A stretch of DNA of 64,000 nt from an uncultured bacterium (GCA_965603285.1 CBFDCK010000004.1:8507-72506); one strand, 5' to 3'; counted from the first letter of the stretch, positions 40,271 through 51,564 are shown. Notes: generated from the letters alone by a model not told the origin. A program made the numbers and translations.

Positions 40271-41050
40271 ATGATAGACATCAAAATATATCAGGATCGA
40301 GAAAGCCTCGCTCGGGCAGCGGCTGAACACATTATCGAATCAGGAACAACTGCGCTACAAAATCGAGACCGGTTCAGCCTCGCCTTAGCCGGCGGGTCGA
40401 CGCCGAAAGCGGCTTATGAATTACTGGCGAGCGACGAGTATGCCCAGCGCTTGGACTGGAAGCGGATTCATATCTTCTGGGGAGACGAGCGCTGTGTGCC
40501 ACCCGAACATCCAGATAGCAACTACCGCATGGCGCACCAATCTCTCCTGGATCACGTCACCATCCCAGTAAAAAACATTCACCGCATGCGTGCGGAAGAG
40601 GAGCCCAAAAAAGCAGCCCTAGAATATGAAGGTTCTTTACGAACCTTCTTCTCCATACAGCATGATCACTCAAATGATCCAGATGTTGGGTCTGCTGGAC
40701 TGAAATCCTTTGACCTAGTCCTGCTAGGCATGGGCGATGATGGACACACAGCTTCGCTTTTTCCATCTTCGGATGCACTTAATGAATCCGTATGCTGGGT
40801 AACGGCGGTCGAACATACTAACCCGCCCCCACCTTTAGTTACGCGCCTCACCCTCACACTGCCCGCCATTAACGCCGCTGCGCAGGTGACTTTTTTAGTC
40901 GCCGGCGCGAGCAAGAGTCAGAGCTTGAAACACGTATTGTCCTCTCCAGACCAATCGTCACCCGCACTACCTGCCCAGTTCATCCAGCCGTTAAACGGGC
41001 GATTGCTCTGGTTAGTTGATGAGGCAGCATACTCAGGGAAATCAAAGTAG
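40271..41050 (+). CDS. pgl: 6-phosphogluconolactonase
   Basis: LALAGGSTPK and FWGDERCV motifs. I prefer ATG 40271 (MIDIKIYQD) over the track start at 40226, which overlaps zwf. Confidence 0.85.
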   Translation: MIDIKIYQDRESLARAAAEHIIESGTTALQNRDRFSLALAGGSTPKAAYELLASDEYAQRLDWKRIHIFWGDERCVPPEHPDSNYRMAHQSLLDHVTIPVKNIHRMRAEEEPKKAALEYEGSLRTFFSIQHDHSNDPDVGSAGLKSFDLVLLGMGDDGHTASLFPSSDALNESVCWVTAVEHTNPPPPLVTRLTLTLPAINAAAQVTFLVAGASKSQSLKHVLSSPDQSSPALPAQFIQPLNGRLLWLVDEAAYSGKSK

Positions 41051-41070
41051 TAAGATACGATATAAACTGA

Positions 41071-41745
41071 ATGCGTACGAACGTTATCATCCCTGCCTTG
41101 AACGAGGCCGAAAGCCTGAAGCACGTTCTTTCAGAAATCCCCGATGAAGTAGTTTCTGAAGTAATCCTGGTGGATGGCGGCTCAACGGATGACACTGTGC
41201 GGATAGCAAAAGCTGGTGGCGCGCGGGTTGTTATTGAAAAGCAGCGCGGGTATGGAATCGCCTGCACAACCGGAGTGAATCACTCGGACGGGGATATACT
41301 GGTTTTTATGGACGGTGACGGTGCAGATAACCCCAGCCAGATTCCCGCATTAACCAATCCCATCCTGACCGGTCAAGCTGATATGGTACTCGGATCACGT
41401 TTGGCCGGCTATATCACCCCGGGAACTATGCCCTGGCACCAGCGGGTGGGGAACCAGATCTCCGCTAGGTTAATTCATCTGCTGTACGAACTTCCCATCA
41501 CAGACCTGAGCCCTTTCCGTGCTGTTAAGCGCGAAAAACTTCTCACGCTGGATCTTCAAGACATGACCTACGGATGGCCTACCGAAATGATCGTTAAAGC
41601 CGCTCGTCAGGAATGGCGCATCCTTGAAATCTCCGTCAACTACCGGTCTCGTTTTGGCGGCAAATCAAAAATAAGCGGTACGATCCGGGGGACACTTCTT
41701 GCGACACTTCATATCCTAAGTACAATCATATACTATTCGAGATAA
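41071..41745 (+). CDS. Family 2 glycosyltransferase (polyprenyl-phosphate sugar synthase-like)
   Basis: VIIPALNE start, VDGGSTDDT, a DXD-like FMDGDGAD, 224 aa. Confidence 0.75.
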   Translation: MRTNVIIPALNEAESLKHVLSEIPDEVVSEVILVDGGSTDDTVRIAKAGGARVVIEKQRGYGIACTTGVNHSDGDILVFMDGDGADNPSQIPALTNPILTGQADMVLGSRLAGYITPGTMPWHQRVGNQISARLIHLLYELPITDLSPFRAVKREKLLTLDLQDMTYGWPTEMIVKAARQEWRILEISVNYRSRFGGKSKISGTIRGTLLATLHILSTIIYYSR

Positions 41746-41795
41746 TAACAAACTCCCAAATTAATTTATTTATTCTTGACTTCAGATCCAACATC

Positions 41796-42476
41796 ATGAA
41801 CGACACATCCCTGGTCATAATGGCCAAAAAGCCCATCGTTGGCTCCACTAAAACCCGGCTCTGCCCGCCGCTTTTACACCACCAAGCCAGCGCTCTTTAC
41901 GAGGCACTTTTATTGGACACTATCGCTTTAGTGACAGAATTGAAAGGAGTCGACCTGGCAATCGCCGTAACACCGTCTGACTCCAGCAATTATTTTCAAA
42001 CGATCACCCCGCCGGATGCATTACTGCTCCCCGTCGATTGCCCGGATATCGGCTCCTGCTTGAGCCAGGTGTTGGAAAAGCTTATCAATAAAGGCTACAA
42101 GAAAGCCTTCGCTATAAACTCGGATGGTCCTTCTCTACCTCCAGACTACCTTCACCAGGCTGTCCGATCCCTGGACGATCGCGATCTCGTCCTGGGTCCA
42201 AGTGAAGACGGCGGTTACTACCTGGTAGGTGTCAAACGACATCTACCAGATGTGTTCATAGGAATCACCTGGAGCACCTCACTTGTACTGTCACAAACAT
42301 TGTCCAAAGCTTCAAATCTGGGACTGCGGGTTGCACTGCTGCCGGAATGGTACGATATCGATACATGGGAAGACTTTATGCGCCTGGAGGCTGAGCTTGA
42401 GCATATACCGCCTGATAGATTGATTTACACCCGCAGGTTCGCAGAGAGATTCTCTTTAAAAAACCGGCAAACATGA
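41796..42476 (+). CDS. DUF2064 / TIGR04282-like putative transferase
   Basis: IMAKKPIVGSTKTRLCPPL start and PSEDGGYYLVG motif, characteristic of DUF2064. 4-nt overlap with the next gene. Confidence 0.7.
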   Translation: MNDTSLVIMAKKPIVGSTKTRLCPPLLHHQASALYEALLLDTIALVTELKGVDLAIAVTPSDSSNYFQTITPPDALLLPVDCPDIGSCLSQVLEKLINKGYKKAFAINSDGPSLPPDYLHQAVRSLDDRDLVLGPSEDGGYYLVGVKRHLPDVFIGITWSTSLVLSQTLSKASNLGLRVALLPEWYDIDTWEDFMRLEAELEHIPPDRLIYTRRFAERFSLKNRQT

Positions 42477-43984
42477 ACCGCTATCAATCGGGTTACCTCT
42501 TAAGATTGGGCGGTCCATCATTTCTTGCGGCTGTGGTTTTGGCTGTCTGCTTTGCAGCCTACATCCCGCTGCCCAGCCTGAGGGGCTCCTATGTAGTTTC
42601 ATTTTTAGCTTACTTCCTGATTGCGGCTGCTGCTTACGTATTGGCAGTGGCGCGCCTCAACCGCGACCGCCTTCCATTGACGGCAATCTGGGTATTTGCG
42701 ATCTTGTTTCGCCTTATCCTGCTGGTAACCGATCCCACGCTCTCAGACGACGTATACCGCTATGTTTGGGACGGTCATTTGCTTAATCAGGGGATTAACC
42801 CTTTCTCCCTGCCAGTTAATTCCCCACTGCTAGATCGATATGACACTCTCCTTAGGGGTTTGGTCAATCATGATTGGATGGCATCGCCGTATCTGCCTGT
42901 CAGCCAATTATTTTTTGCACTCGTGAACCGGGTCACCCCGCAGAGCACACTGGCTTTCCAGGTTGGCGCTGTTATTTTTGATTTATCAACCGGCTGGCTG
43001 GTATTCGATATTCTGAGGATGCTCGGATTATCTCGCAACAAGGTTCTAATTTATTTGTGGAATCCCCTGGTAATCGTCGAATTTGCTCACGGCGCCCATA
43101 TTGATGCGCTGATGATCTTCCTGATGATGGCGGCATTCTGGTTCCTGGTGCGCTCCAAACCGGGGCAGCCAGGTGGAGACAGAAGTTGTTACTTATCGGC
43201 ATTTGCTCTAGCTGGCTCAACATTGACCAAGGCGATCCCTGCCTTGCTGGTGCCACTTTTTGTACGAAGATGGGGATGGCGTCGTCTGGTCGTCTACTTT
43301 GCCCTGCTGTTGAGCCTGAGCGCCCTCTTCGCCGCTGGTGCTGGATGGGGTCTCAGCGGGCCCCTCGACGGCAGAGGGCTTTTTGGCGCCCTACGGATCT
43401 ACTCCAGCTACTGGAACTACAACAGCGGGATTTACCACTGGCTTGAAGTATTGATAATGAGCAGCCAGACAGCCAACGCTATGTCTGGGGAGATTGCAGG
43501 AGACACGCCTATACTTTTTGCAAAACTGTTCACCACAGTATTGACGGCGCTGATATCGTTAGCCAGCGGGTTTTGGGCCTGGAAACTCGATGATCCAGGT
43601 AAAGCCGACTTTAACACGCGCAGCGTTTACCTTCTTCGCCTGACCGTTATCCCGTTAGGGGCTTATGTTTTGTTAACTACCACTGTCCACCCCTGGTATG
43701 TGACCCTCATCGTACCTTTTCTACCTTTCCTGTACCCAGTTCGTGATGAAACTAACCTCACAGGGCGATTCGTGTGGCCCTGGATATATTTATCCATTGC
43801 CGTCTCGCTTTCTTACCTGACTTATATCGACCCGCAGAATCTGCGTGAGTATCCCCTTGTAAGGCTCCTTGAATACCTTCCAATGTACCTGCTGTTCATT
43901 TGGGCAGCCATGCCGTTATTCCATCACAGATTTGGGCAGATCATTGATACAGGAATACTTTGGGAACGTATAAAACGCAGATAA
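42473..43984 (+). CDS. Polytopic membrane glycosyltransferase, GT-C fold (DUF2029/GT87-like), putative
   Basis: 503 aa with more than 10 predicted TM segments. The first extracytoplasmic loop carries an acidic motif, SDDVYRYVWDG. Confidence 0.6.
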   Translation: MNRYQSGYLLRLGGPSFLAAVVLAVCFAAYIPLPSLRGSYVVSFLAYFLIAAAAYVLAVARLNRDRLPLTAIWVFAILFRLILLVTDPTLSDDVYRYVWDGHLLNQGINPFSLPVNSPLLDRYDTLLRGLVNHDWMASPYLPVSQLFFALVNRVTPQSTLAFQVGAVIFDLSTGWLVFDILRMLGLSRNKVLIYLWNPLVIVEFAHGAHIDALMIFLMMAAFWFLVRSKPGQPGGDRSCYLSAFALAGSTLTKAIPALLVPLFVRRWGWRRLVVYFALLLSLSALFAAGAGWGLSGPLDGRGLFGALRIYSSYWNYNSGIYHWLEVLIMSSQTANAMSGEIAGDTPILFAKLFTTVLTALISLASGFWAWKLDDPGKADFNTRSVYLLRLTVIPLGAYVLLTTTVHPWYVTLIVPFLPFLYPVRDETNLTGRFVWPWIYLSIAVSLSYLTYIDPQNLREYPLVRLLEYLPMYLLFIWAAMPLFHHRFGQIIDTGILWERIKRR

Positions 43985-44402
43985 TTGGCCAACCAATCCC
44001 CTAAAAACGTGAAAGTTATTGCTGCCAACTAATAATTGCATTTGGTTTAATATTATATCAATTTTGCTCTTAAATATCGTAATATACTGTCTCAACGCAC
44101 AAACAGCACTAACCACAAAAAGCCAGTAGCTGTGCAGCACAGCCCAATAATAATTGCTCAGAGTATCGGGGTTGTAATCTCATCGTGTGCTTTTAATATG
44201 ATCTATCAAATATTTTAGTAGAGTATAATGGTCGTTATGGTCTTGTTATTTGGGGTACACTAATTTTCGTGTTGTAAGACGAAAGAATTCAAACTTGAAG
44301 GGCGTCAATATTAAGTGGCTTTGGTGTTATAAAACTCGTTAGCGACCATCGCAGCCCAGAATCAATAACAAACAAAAGCAAATTCGGAGGAGAATATTTA
44401 TC

Positions 44403-44900
44403 ATGATCACATTTCAATCATTAAAGCACCCCCAGGTACCGCTGTTTTGGATCGCTTTGCTGCGTATAATGCTGGGCGTGATGTTCTTGACTACCTGGTT
44501 GAGCAATCTCTCCAAGGGATTTTACACACCTGAGGGTCTGCAGTTCTTCTTCAGCGAAGTTTTTCCGCAATCACAAAACTCGCTCATCTGGTATGCCGCC
44601 TTCATCGAAAACGTAATCCTGCCGATGGGGGGCACCTTCGCACCATTCCAATTGGTAGCCGAATTCCTGTTAGGACTATTTTTGCTGGTCGGTTTTCTTA
44701 CTCCTTTTACCAGCGTGGCGGCTGCCTTCTTTATAACCAATACCTTCCTTGCCACATTCGGTCATGATTGGCCCTGGAGCTACGTGATGATATTAGGGAT
44801 TCTGGGAGTCTTATTCTTTACAAAAGCGGGACGTAGTCTGGGTATTGACACCAGGCTGGCGAAAAACCGCTCCAAACCACCCATTCCATATCTCTGGTAA
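44403..44900 (+). CDS. DoxX-family membrane protein
   Basis: 165 aa with four hydrophobic segments and a DoxX-like N-terminus (ALLRIMLGVMFL). Confidence 0.6.
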   Translation: MITFQSLKHPQVPLFWIALLRIMLGVMFLTTWLSNLSKGFYTPEGLQFFFSEVFPQSQNSLIWYAAFIENVILPMGGTFAPFQLVAEFLLGLFLLVGFLTPFTSVAAAFFITNTFLATFGHDWPWSYVMILGILGVLFFTKAGRSLGIDTRLAKNRSKPPIPYLW

Positions 44901-44911
44901 TTATCCTGGTC

Positions 44912-46435
44912 ATGGAAATACCCACTTGGATAATTATCCTGCTCGAAATTATTTATGGCGTGATTGTTATTGCTCTGGCGATTTACGGTTTCAACACCCT
45001 TTTCCTGACATGGAGGAGGATGCGTCAAACAAAATCAACCAACAAACTGCGCGCAAATCAAGGGAATGACCTGCCTCGAGTCACCATCCAGTTGCCTGTA
45101 TACAACGAGCGCTATGTTGTTAAACGATTGATCGATTCCGTCGCAGCGTTGGATTATCCCAAAGAACTACTCGAAATCCAGGTTTTGGATGATTCCGACG
45201 ATATCACTTCAGATATCGTCTCTCAAGTAGTAACTTATCATCGAAATCTAGGGGTAGACATCAGGCATATCCAACGCTCTAACAGGGTAGGCTACAAAGG
45301 CGGCGCTTTGGCTCACGGTATGCTAAACGCTCGGGGGGAATTCGTCGCCATATTTGACGCCGACTTCATTCCAAATCCCGATTTTCTCCAGGCAACCATT
45401 CTCTACTTTGTAGAAGACACAAATATCGGTTGCGTCCAAGCCCGCTGGGGACACACTAATTCCGATTCATCATGGCTAACACGCGCCCAGGCAACTGGGA
45501 TAGATGGTCATTTCCTGATCGAACAGGAAACCCGCAGCGCAGGTGGTTTTCTTCTCAATTTTAACGGCACGGCCGGGATTTGGCGGCGTTCCTGCATTGA
45601 AGATGCCGGTGGGTGGCAGAGCGATACTCTTACGGAAGATCTAGATCTGAGCTACCGTGCTCAACTGCGGGGATGGCGCATCCTGTACCTACCACACATC
45701 AGTGTGCCTGCCGAACTGCCTGTTCACATCAATGCTTTCAAACGCCAGCAGTTTCGCTGGGCAAAGGGCAGCATCCAGACCGCTCGCAAAATGCTGCCCG
45801 AGTTGTGGCGTTCTACTCAACCGCTGCGCAATAAGATCGAAGGTTCGATTCACCTTACCCACTACGTCGTTCACCCGCTGATACTGGTCAACTTATTCTT
45901 AACCCTGCCGGTGCTGCTTTTAAACAGCCGGTTCTTTTGGACCATCCATCTCTTTACAACCGCTGCTATCGGTCCACTTCTCATGTATTGGATCTCTATG
46001 CGAGAGGAGGGTCAAAGCATCCAAGAACGCCTATCGCACTTGATCGGACTGCTTTTCCTGGGGATGGGCTTATCGGTGAACAATACCCGCGCCTTCACGG
46101 AGGCTTCTTTGGGGATCAAAACTTCATTTCTAAGGACACCAAAATTCAACCTTCAGGGAGGTGAGGGAGCAGGTGAAAACCATGATTATATGTTACCGCG
46201 CGATGCCAACTTCTGGATTGAGGCTCTGCTGGGGGTCTACTCCGTGGGATTATTAGCTTACGTGATATTGATCGGAGCCTGGGGGCTTGTGTTCTGGGTG
46301 TTATTATACGCTGGGGGCTTCAGCTATGTCGCTGGCTTGAGTTATATCCAGTCTCTACCGCGTAATGCAAAAAGCAAACCTGGTCGATTAACCTTGAGCC
46401 AAGAAAGCAAGGAGTCCAAGCTCATCGGGGGTTAA
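44912..46435 (+). CDS. Family 2 glycosyltransferase, processive beta-glycosyltransferase-like, membrane-embedded
   Basis: LDDSDD and FDADF motifs plus the QxxRW motif (FKRQQFRWAKG). TM segments flank the catalytic domain. Confidence 0.8.
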   Translation: MEIPTWIIILLEIIYGVIVIALAIYGFNTLFLTWRRMRQTKSTNKLRANQGNDLPRVTIQLPVYNERYVVKRLIDSVAALDYPKELLEIQVLDDSDDITSDIVSQVVTYHRNLGVDIRHIQRSNRVGYKGGALAHGMLNARGEFVAIFDADFIPNPDFLQATILYFVEDTNIGCVQARWGHTNSDSSWLTRAQATGIDGHFLIEQETRSAGGFLLNFNGTAGIWRRSCIEDAGGWQSDTLTEDLDLSYRAQLRGWRILYLPHISVPAELPVHINAFKRQQFRWAKGSIQTARKMLPELWRSTQPLRNKIEGSIHLTHYVVHPLILVNLFLTLPVLLLNSRFFWTIHLFTTAAIGPLLMYWISMREEGQSIQERLSHLIGLLFLGMGLSVNNTRAFTEASLGIKTSFLRTPKFNLQGGEGAGENHDYMLPRDANFWIEALLGVYSVGLLAYVILIGAWGLVFWVLLYAGGFSYVAGLSYIQSLPRNAKSKPGRLTLSQESKESKLIGG

Positions 46436-46525
46436 ATTCGCGAATCAGCAATGAGCATAGGTGATGGGAAGAGATTATAACAGGGAAACTTACTGGAGCA
46501 TTGATCGCAAGCGTATCCAAATAAG

Positions 46526-46543
46526 ATGTTTCACGTGAAACAT
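46526..46543. repeat. Perfect 18-bp palindrome ATGTTTCACGTGAAACAT, copy 1
   Basis: Read directly from the sequence; it is self-complementary over all 18 nt. Confidence 0.95.
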
Positions 46544-46570
46544 CAAGAAAAGAAAGGCTGCAGTAGCTCA

Positions 46571-46588
46571 ATGTTTCACGTGAAACAT
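46571..46588. repeat. Perfect 18-bp palindrome ATGTTTCACGTGAAACAT, copy 2
   Basis: Identical to copy 1, 45 bp start to start. TATAAT follows at 46595-46600. Confidence 0.95.
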
Positions 46589-46609
46589 TGAGCGTATAAT
46601 CTCTCCTTT

Positions 46610-47620
46610 TTATTCCACCCACACACCGTTACGGCGCGCCCACGCTTCTGTTGTTTCTTCGATCAGGTCCAGGAAGGCGTCCAACCCCGCAATCCGCTCC
46701 ATAAACTCGGGACTTAACAGCCCCAAGTACTTGAAGGTTTGCGCCCAGGTTTCCCTTTCCGGAGCCTCACCGGGCAGCGAATTGACTGCTATCGTCCAGG
46801 TACGCAACAACGACCACAAAATGTTTTTCGGCTGCTCTCCCTCAAGCATAGATTCGAAGGCTTTTTGGTAGTACGGCTGTCGTATTGGGTGGATGCGAAC
46901 AGGTGCTTTATCAGGAGGTACGGCTTGAAACGCTGATCGCCAAAGAGATACCAGCCTGGGCAGATCACTGTCTTCAAGGTTGGGAGCGCCGAGCAAACCC
47001 AAAAGCCCGGCATACATTCCTGGTTTTCCCATCGCCTCAGCACGGTCAGGAAAATTGATCAGGAAACGCCGCTCGGTAAGTGGGGATCCGTTGAAACTGG
47101 CAATCGCGTTGGCAGCCTGTCCTAAGGCTTTTAGATAACCCAAAACTTCACCTGGTCCAGGATCCGGTTTTTCCATCTGGTACGTTAGCCAGATTTTTCG
47201 AGCCTTCTCCAGTTGGGACCGTGATCTCTCGAAAACACGATCTGGTCGGTCAAATTGTCCCCGAACGCTGGCTTGTGTGAAATCCATAAAGTGCTGCGGG
47301 TCGTGTAATATTCTACATTCCTTAATTGTTGGACCTAGCCAGGGATGCACGCGCAGGCTCCTCGGCGTGCGGTACATGTTTTGCGAGTGATGGGCGATGT
47401 CCAGGTGAACTTCGTCCGTAATCGTTACTATTTCGCGCTTCTCAGCTTCGTCATCTATATGAATGAATACCAGATCGACATCGGCAGCGCCCCCCAAAAG
47501 ATAGTCTTCATCCAACAAGGTACCGCACAAGTATACCGAGACCAGGTTGCGATCTTTGTTTGAGCGCTCTTCTATCGTCTCACTAACAATCCGCATCAAA
47601 GCTTCACGATTTATGCGCAC
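46610..47620 (-). CDS. Hypothetical protein with a possible N-terminal nucleotidyltransferase (Pol-beta-like) fold
   Basis: 336 aa. LCGTLL...GGAADVDLVFIHIDD resembles the G[GS]-x-DxD NTase signature. Weak call. Confidence 0.4.
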   Translation of the reverse strand: MRINREALMRIVSETIEERSNKDRNLVSVYLCGTLLDEDYLLGGAADVDLVFIHIDDEAEKREIVTITDEVHLDIAHHSQNMYRTPRSLRVHPWLGPTIKECRILHDPQHFMDFTQASVRGQFDRPDRVFERSRSQLEKARKIWLTYQMEKPDPGPGEVLGYLKALGQAANAIASFNGSPLTERRFLINFPDRAEAMGKPGMYAGLLGLLGAPNLEDSDLPRLVSLWRSAFQAVPPDKAPVRIHPIRQPYYQKAFESMLEGEQPKNILWSLLRTWTIAVNSLPGEAPERETWAQTFKYLGLLSPEFMERIAGLDAFLDLIEETTEAWARRNGVWVE

Positions 47621-47806
47621 AGTCCCTTGCCTCCTTATTACATTACTAACGACCGTCTGACAAAAACAATCTTAAAACCTACAACACGCTAGGCACCAGG
47701 CTTTTAAGGCAGTTCCTCAAAAAACGCACATCTGAATATAGCTACTGACTAAGCGCTTTTACAATATGGTTGAATATTTACCACAGAGCAAACAATAGGG
47801 CTTAAA

Positions 47807-48460
47807 TTAACTTGAAGAAGGTGCGTTCAATGGCAGCTCTTGCTGGAACGGCGGCATTTTCAAAGCCTGACGAATCCCGTTTTCCACCAACTTCAAGTCT
47901 TCTCCATTCTGAACATAATCTAACTCATTTGTATCGATCGTTAGCAATAGTGAGCGGCGCTTATTGCGGTCGCCGAAGAATGCCTCATAAGCCTGGTTGA
48001 CCTCTTCGATATATGAATGCTCAATACTGCGCTCATAAGAGCGGTCGCGCAGAGCAATACGCCCCATAAGTGTGTCCGTATCCGCCCGCAGGTAAACAAT
48101 CAAGTCTGGTATAGTTATTTTCTCAGCTAAGGCTTCGTGTACCCTGCTGTACATTACGAGTTCATCGCCTCGAAGATTGATCTGGGCGAAAAGAGCGTCT
48201 TTTTCAAAGGTGTAGTCAGAGATAAGACGCTCGTCCTGGGATAGGATATCGGTCACCGTACGCCGCTGCTGATGGTAACGACTGAGCAGGAAAAAGATCT
48301 GGGTTTGAAAAGCATACCGCTCCCTGTCACTATAAAAATCGGATAAAAAGGGGTTCTCCTCAAACACCTCCAATAACAGCCCTGCATCGAATGAGGGTTG
48401 TAATAATCTGGCAAGAGTAGTCTTCCCAACGCCTATTGCACCTTCGATTGCTATGTACAT
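47807..48460 (-). CDS. Deoxynucleoside kinase
   Basis: IAIEGAIGVGKTT P-loop, ERS/DRY-type motifs, 217 aa. Confidence 0.8.
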   Translation of the reverse strand: MYIAIEGAIGVGKTTLARLLQPSFDAGLLLEVFEENPFLSDFYSDRERYAFQTQIFFLLSRYHQQRRTVTDILSQDERLISDYTFEKDALFAQINLRGDELVMYSRVHEALAEKITIPDLIVYLRADTDTLMGRIALRDRSYERSIEHSYIEEVNQAYEAFFGDRNKRRSLLLTIDTNELDYVQNGEDLKLVENGIRQALKMPPFQQELPLNAPSSS

Positions 48461-50415
48461 TTCAGAACCTATATTTTATTACCTGTTTATGCTATATTTG
48501 TGTCATATTTATAACGTTTTTCTAGTGCGCTTTTATCGCTACGGCCCCGCGAACCGTTGTTTGTTACCATTCCACTTATGAGCTACAGGATAAAGGATAC
48601 CAGTGAACATCTCAAAACGCAACAATCGACAGCGCTAAACTACCTAGCGGCACTAAACTAATTAGCGGCGCGAGTTACAGTTCCAAAGTTATGTCTTCCA
48701 GTTGTTCTACTAGCTCCAAGATCACATCAAATCCTCCTTGCCAGAATCCGGTGTCATAGACATCGATTCCGGCCTCCGCAAGGATACGGACAGGCGCATC
48801 TGAACCGCCAGCGGCAAGAATTTTAATAAAGCGCGGCTTAAACGCCTCACCCTCCTCTTTATACTGCTGGTAAAGCGACAACACTAACAACTGTCCAAAT
48901 GCGTAGGCATACACATAAAACGGGACATGATAAATATGCGGGATGGAGACCCATTCCCAACCAAATTCAGCGCTTACTTCCACCGCCTCGCCGAATTGCT
49001 TCTTCAGGTTTTCTTGATAAGCCTTAGAAAGATCGTCCACAGAGGCGTCCTGTTTGACCATCTCGTGTGCCTGGCGCTCGAACAGAGCGAAAAATGCCTG
49101 GCGCAGGATGGTGGCATAAGCATCGTCCACCTGTCGGAAGAGTAAGTCCTGTCGTACACTCTGATCTTCTTCTTGCGCCAGCAAGCGATCAATCAGCAGC
49201 ATCTCGGCGAATGTAGAAGCCGTTTCTGCTAAAGGCAGGGAGGAATGCTGTGTGAAAATGCTGTGATGTTCGGCCAACATGGAGTGAATTGCGTGACCGA
49301 GCTCGTGCGCCAATGTCGCCACGTCTCTTGGACGACCCTGGTAGTTAAGCAGGACCCAGGGAGTCAAATCCGGCGTAACTGTTGCGCAAAAAGCACCGTC
49401 CCGCTTCCCTTTACGCACTTCGCTGTCGAGGTGATCGTCATCAAAGACCCGCTGCGCCAATTTCGAAATTTGAGGGTCAAACTGACTGAATGAATCCAGA
49501 ACTAGATCAACCGCGGTTTGATATTTATACTTCTTATCGGATCCGGCTACCGGTGCGTAAATATCGTAACGCCGCAGTCGTTCAACACCCAGCAAGCGCG
49601 CCTTGAGTTCAAAAAAGCGCTGAAAAATAGGCGTGTTACGCTCGCAGACATCTAACAGCGTGTTCACTACTTCATCCGGAATATCGTTCACCAAATTGCG
49701 AACCGCAATCGGTTTATCAAAATGGCGCATATCCAACTGCTCGTTGCGCCAGTCGCGCACTAAGGTCTGGTAGATTTGCCCTAAAATTGGACCGTCATCC
49801 CCGTAAACTCGGTAAAGCTCCTGGTATACACCGGCACGCAGCTGCGGATCACTATCGTGGACATAAACCATCAGTTGGCCGCGGGTTAGCTCTTTCTCCT
49901 CGCCATCAACGGTCAGTTTGAACACATACCGGTTGGTGATTGAATCGTATAATGTGTTGAGAGCACTTGAGCCGGTTACATCCTTTATGTTGATAACCTT
50001 CTCCTCGGCCTCGGACAATGTGTGCGGTTTAAAATGACGCATCTCCTCCAGCCAGTAGTGAAAATCGCCTGAGCCGGCCATTAACCGGTCCGCTGGGATG
50101 TCATCCAATCCTTTCCACCACAAACTGAAAAACAAAATCTTGTTTTGCATCTCGGCCATTAGCTGTTCCACTTTCGCCAGGAACACCTGCGCATCCTGAT
50201 TCTGTGTGTCAGCAGCAAACTGCAACGCGCCGAAATCGTAGATACGAGAAACCAGGCTGGTGATCTCTTCCAACCGTCGGATAAGTTCTGAAAATTCGGT
50301 TTTATCTATGTCCTCGTTCAATTGCTGGCGCACAGTCTCAAAATCGGTGACCTTGGCCTCTAATTTCGAAATAGCAGCCTTCATTTCAGGGTCGTCTTGG
50401 GTTTCAAACAGGTCA

Positions 50416-51564
<1,149 letters not shown>

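Noticed and set aside
46422-46622. A 66-aa ORF spanning the twin palindromes, and the idea that the repeats are a minimal CRISPR array.
   Set aside because: The ORF owes its repeated VSRET motif to translation of the palindromes. There are only two repeat copies, the 27-bp spacer has no further array, and there are no cas genes.
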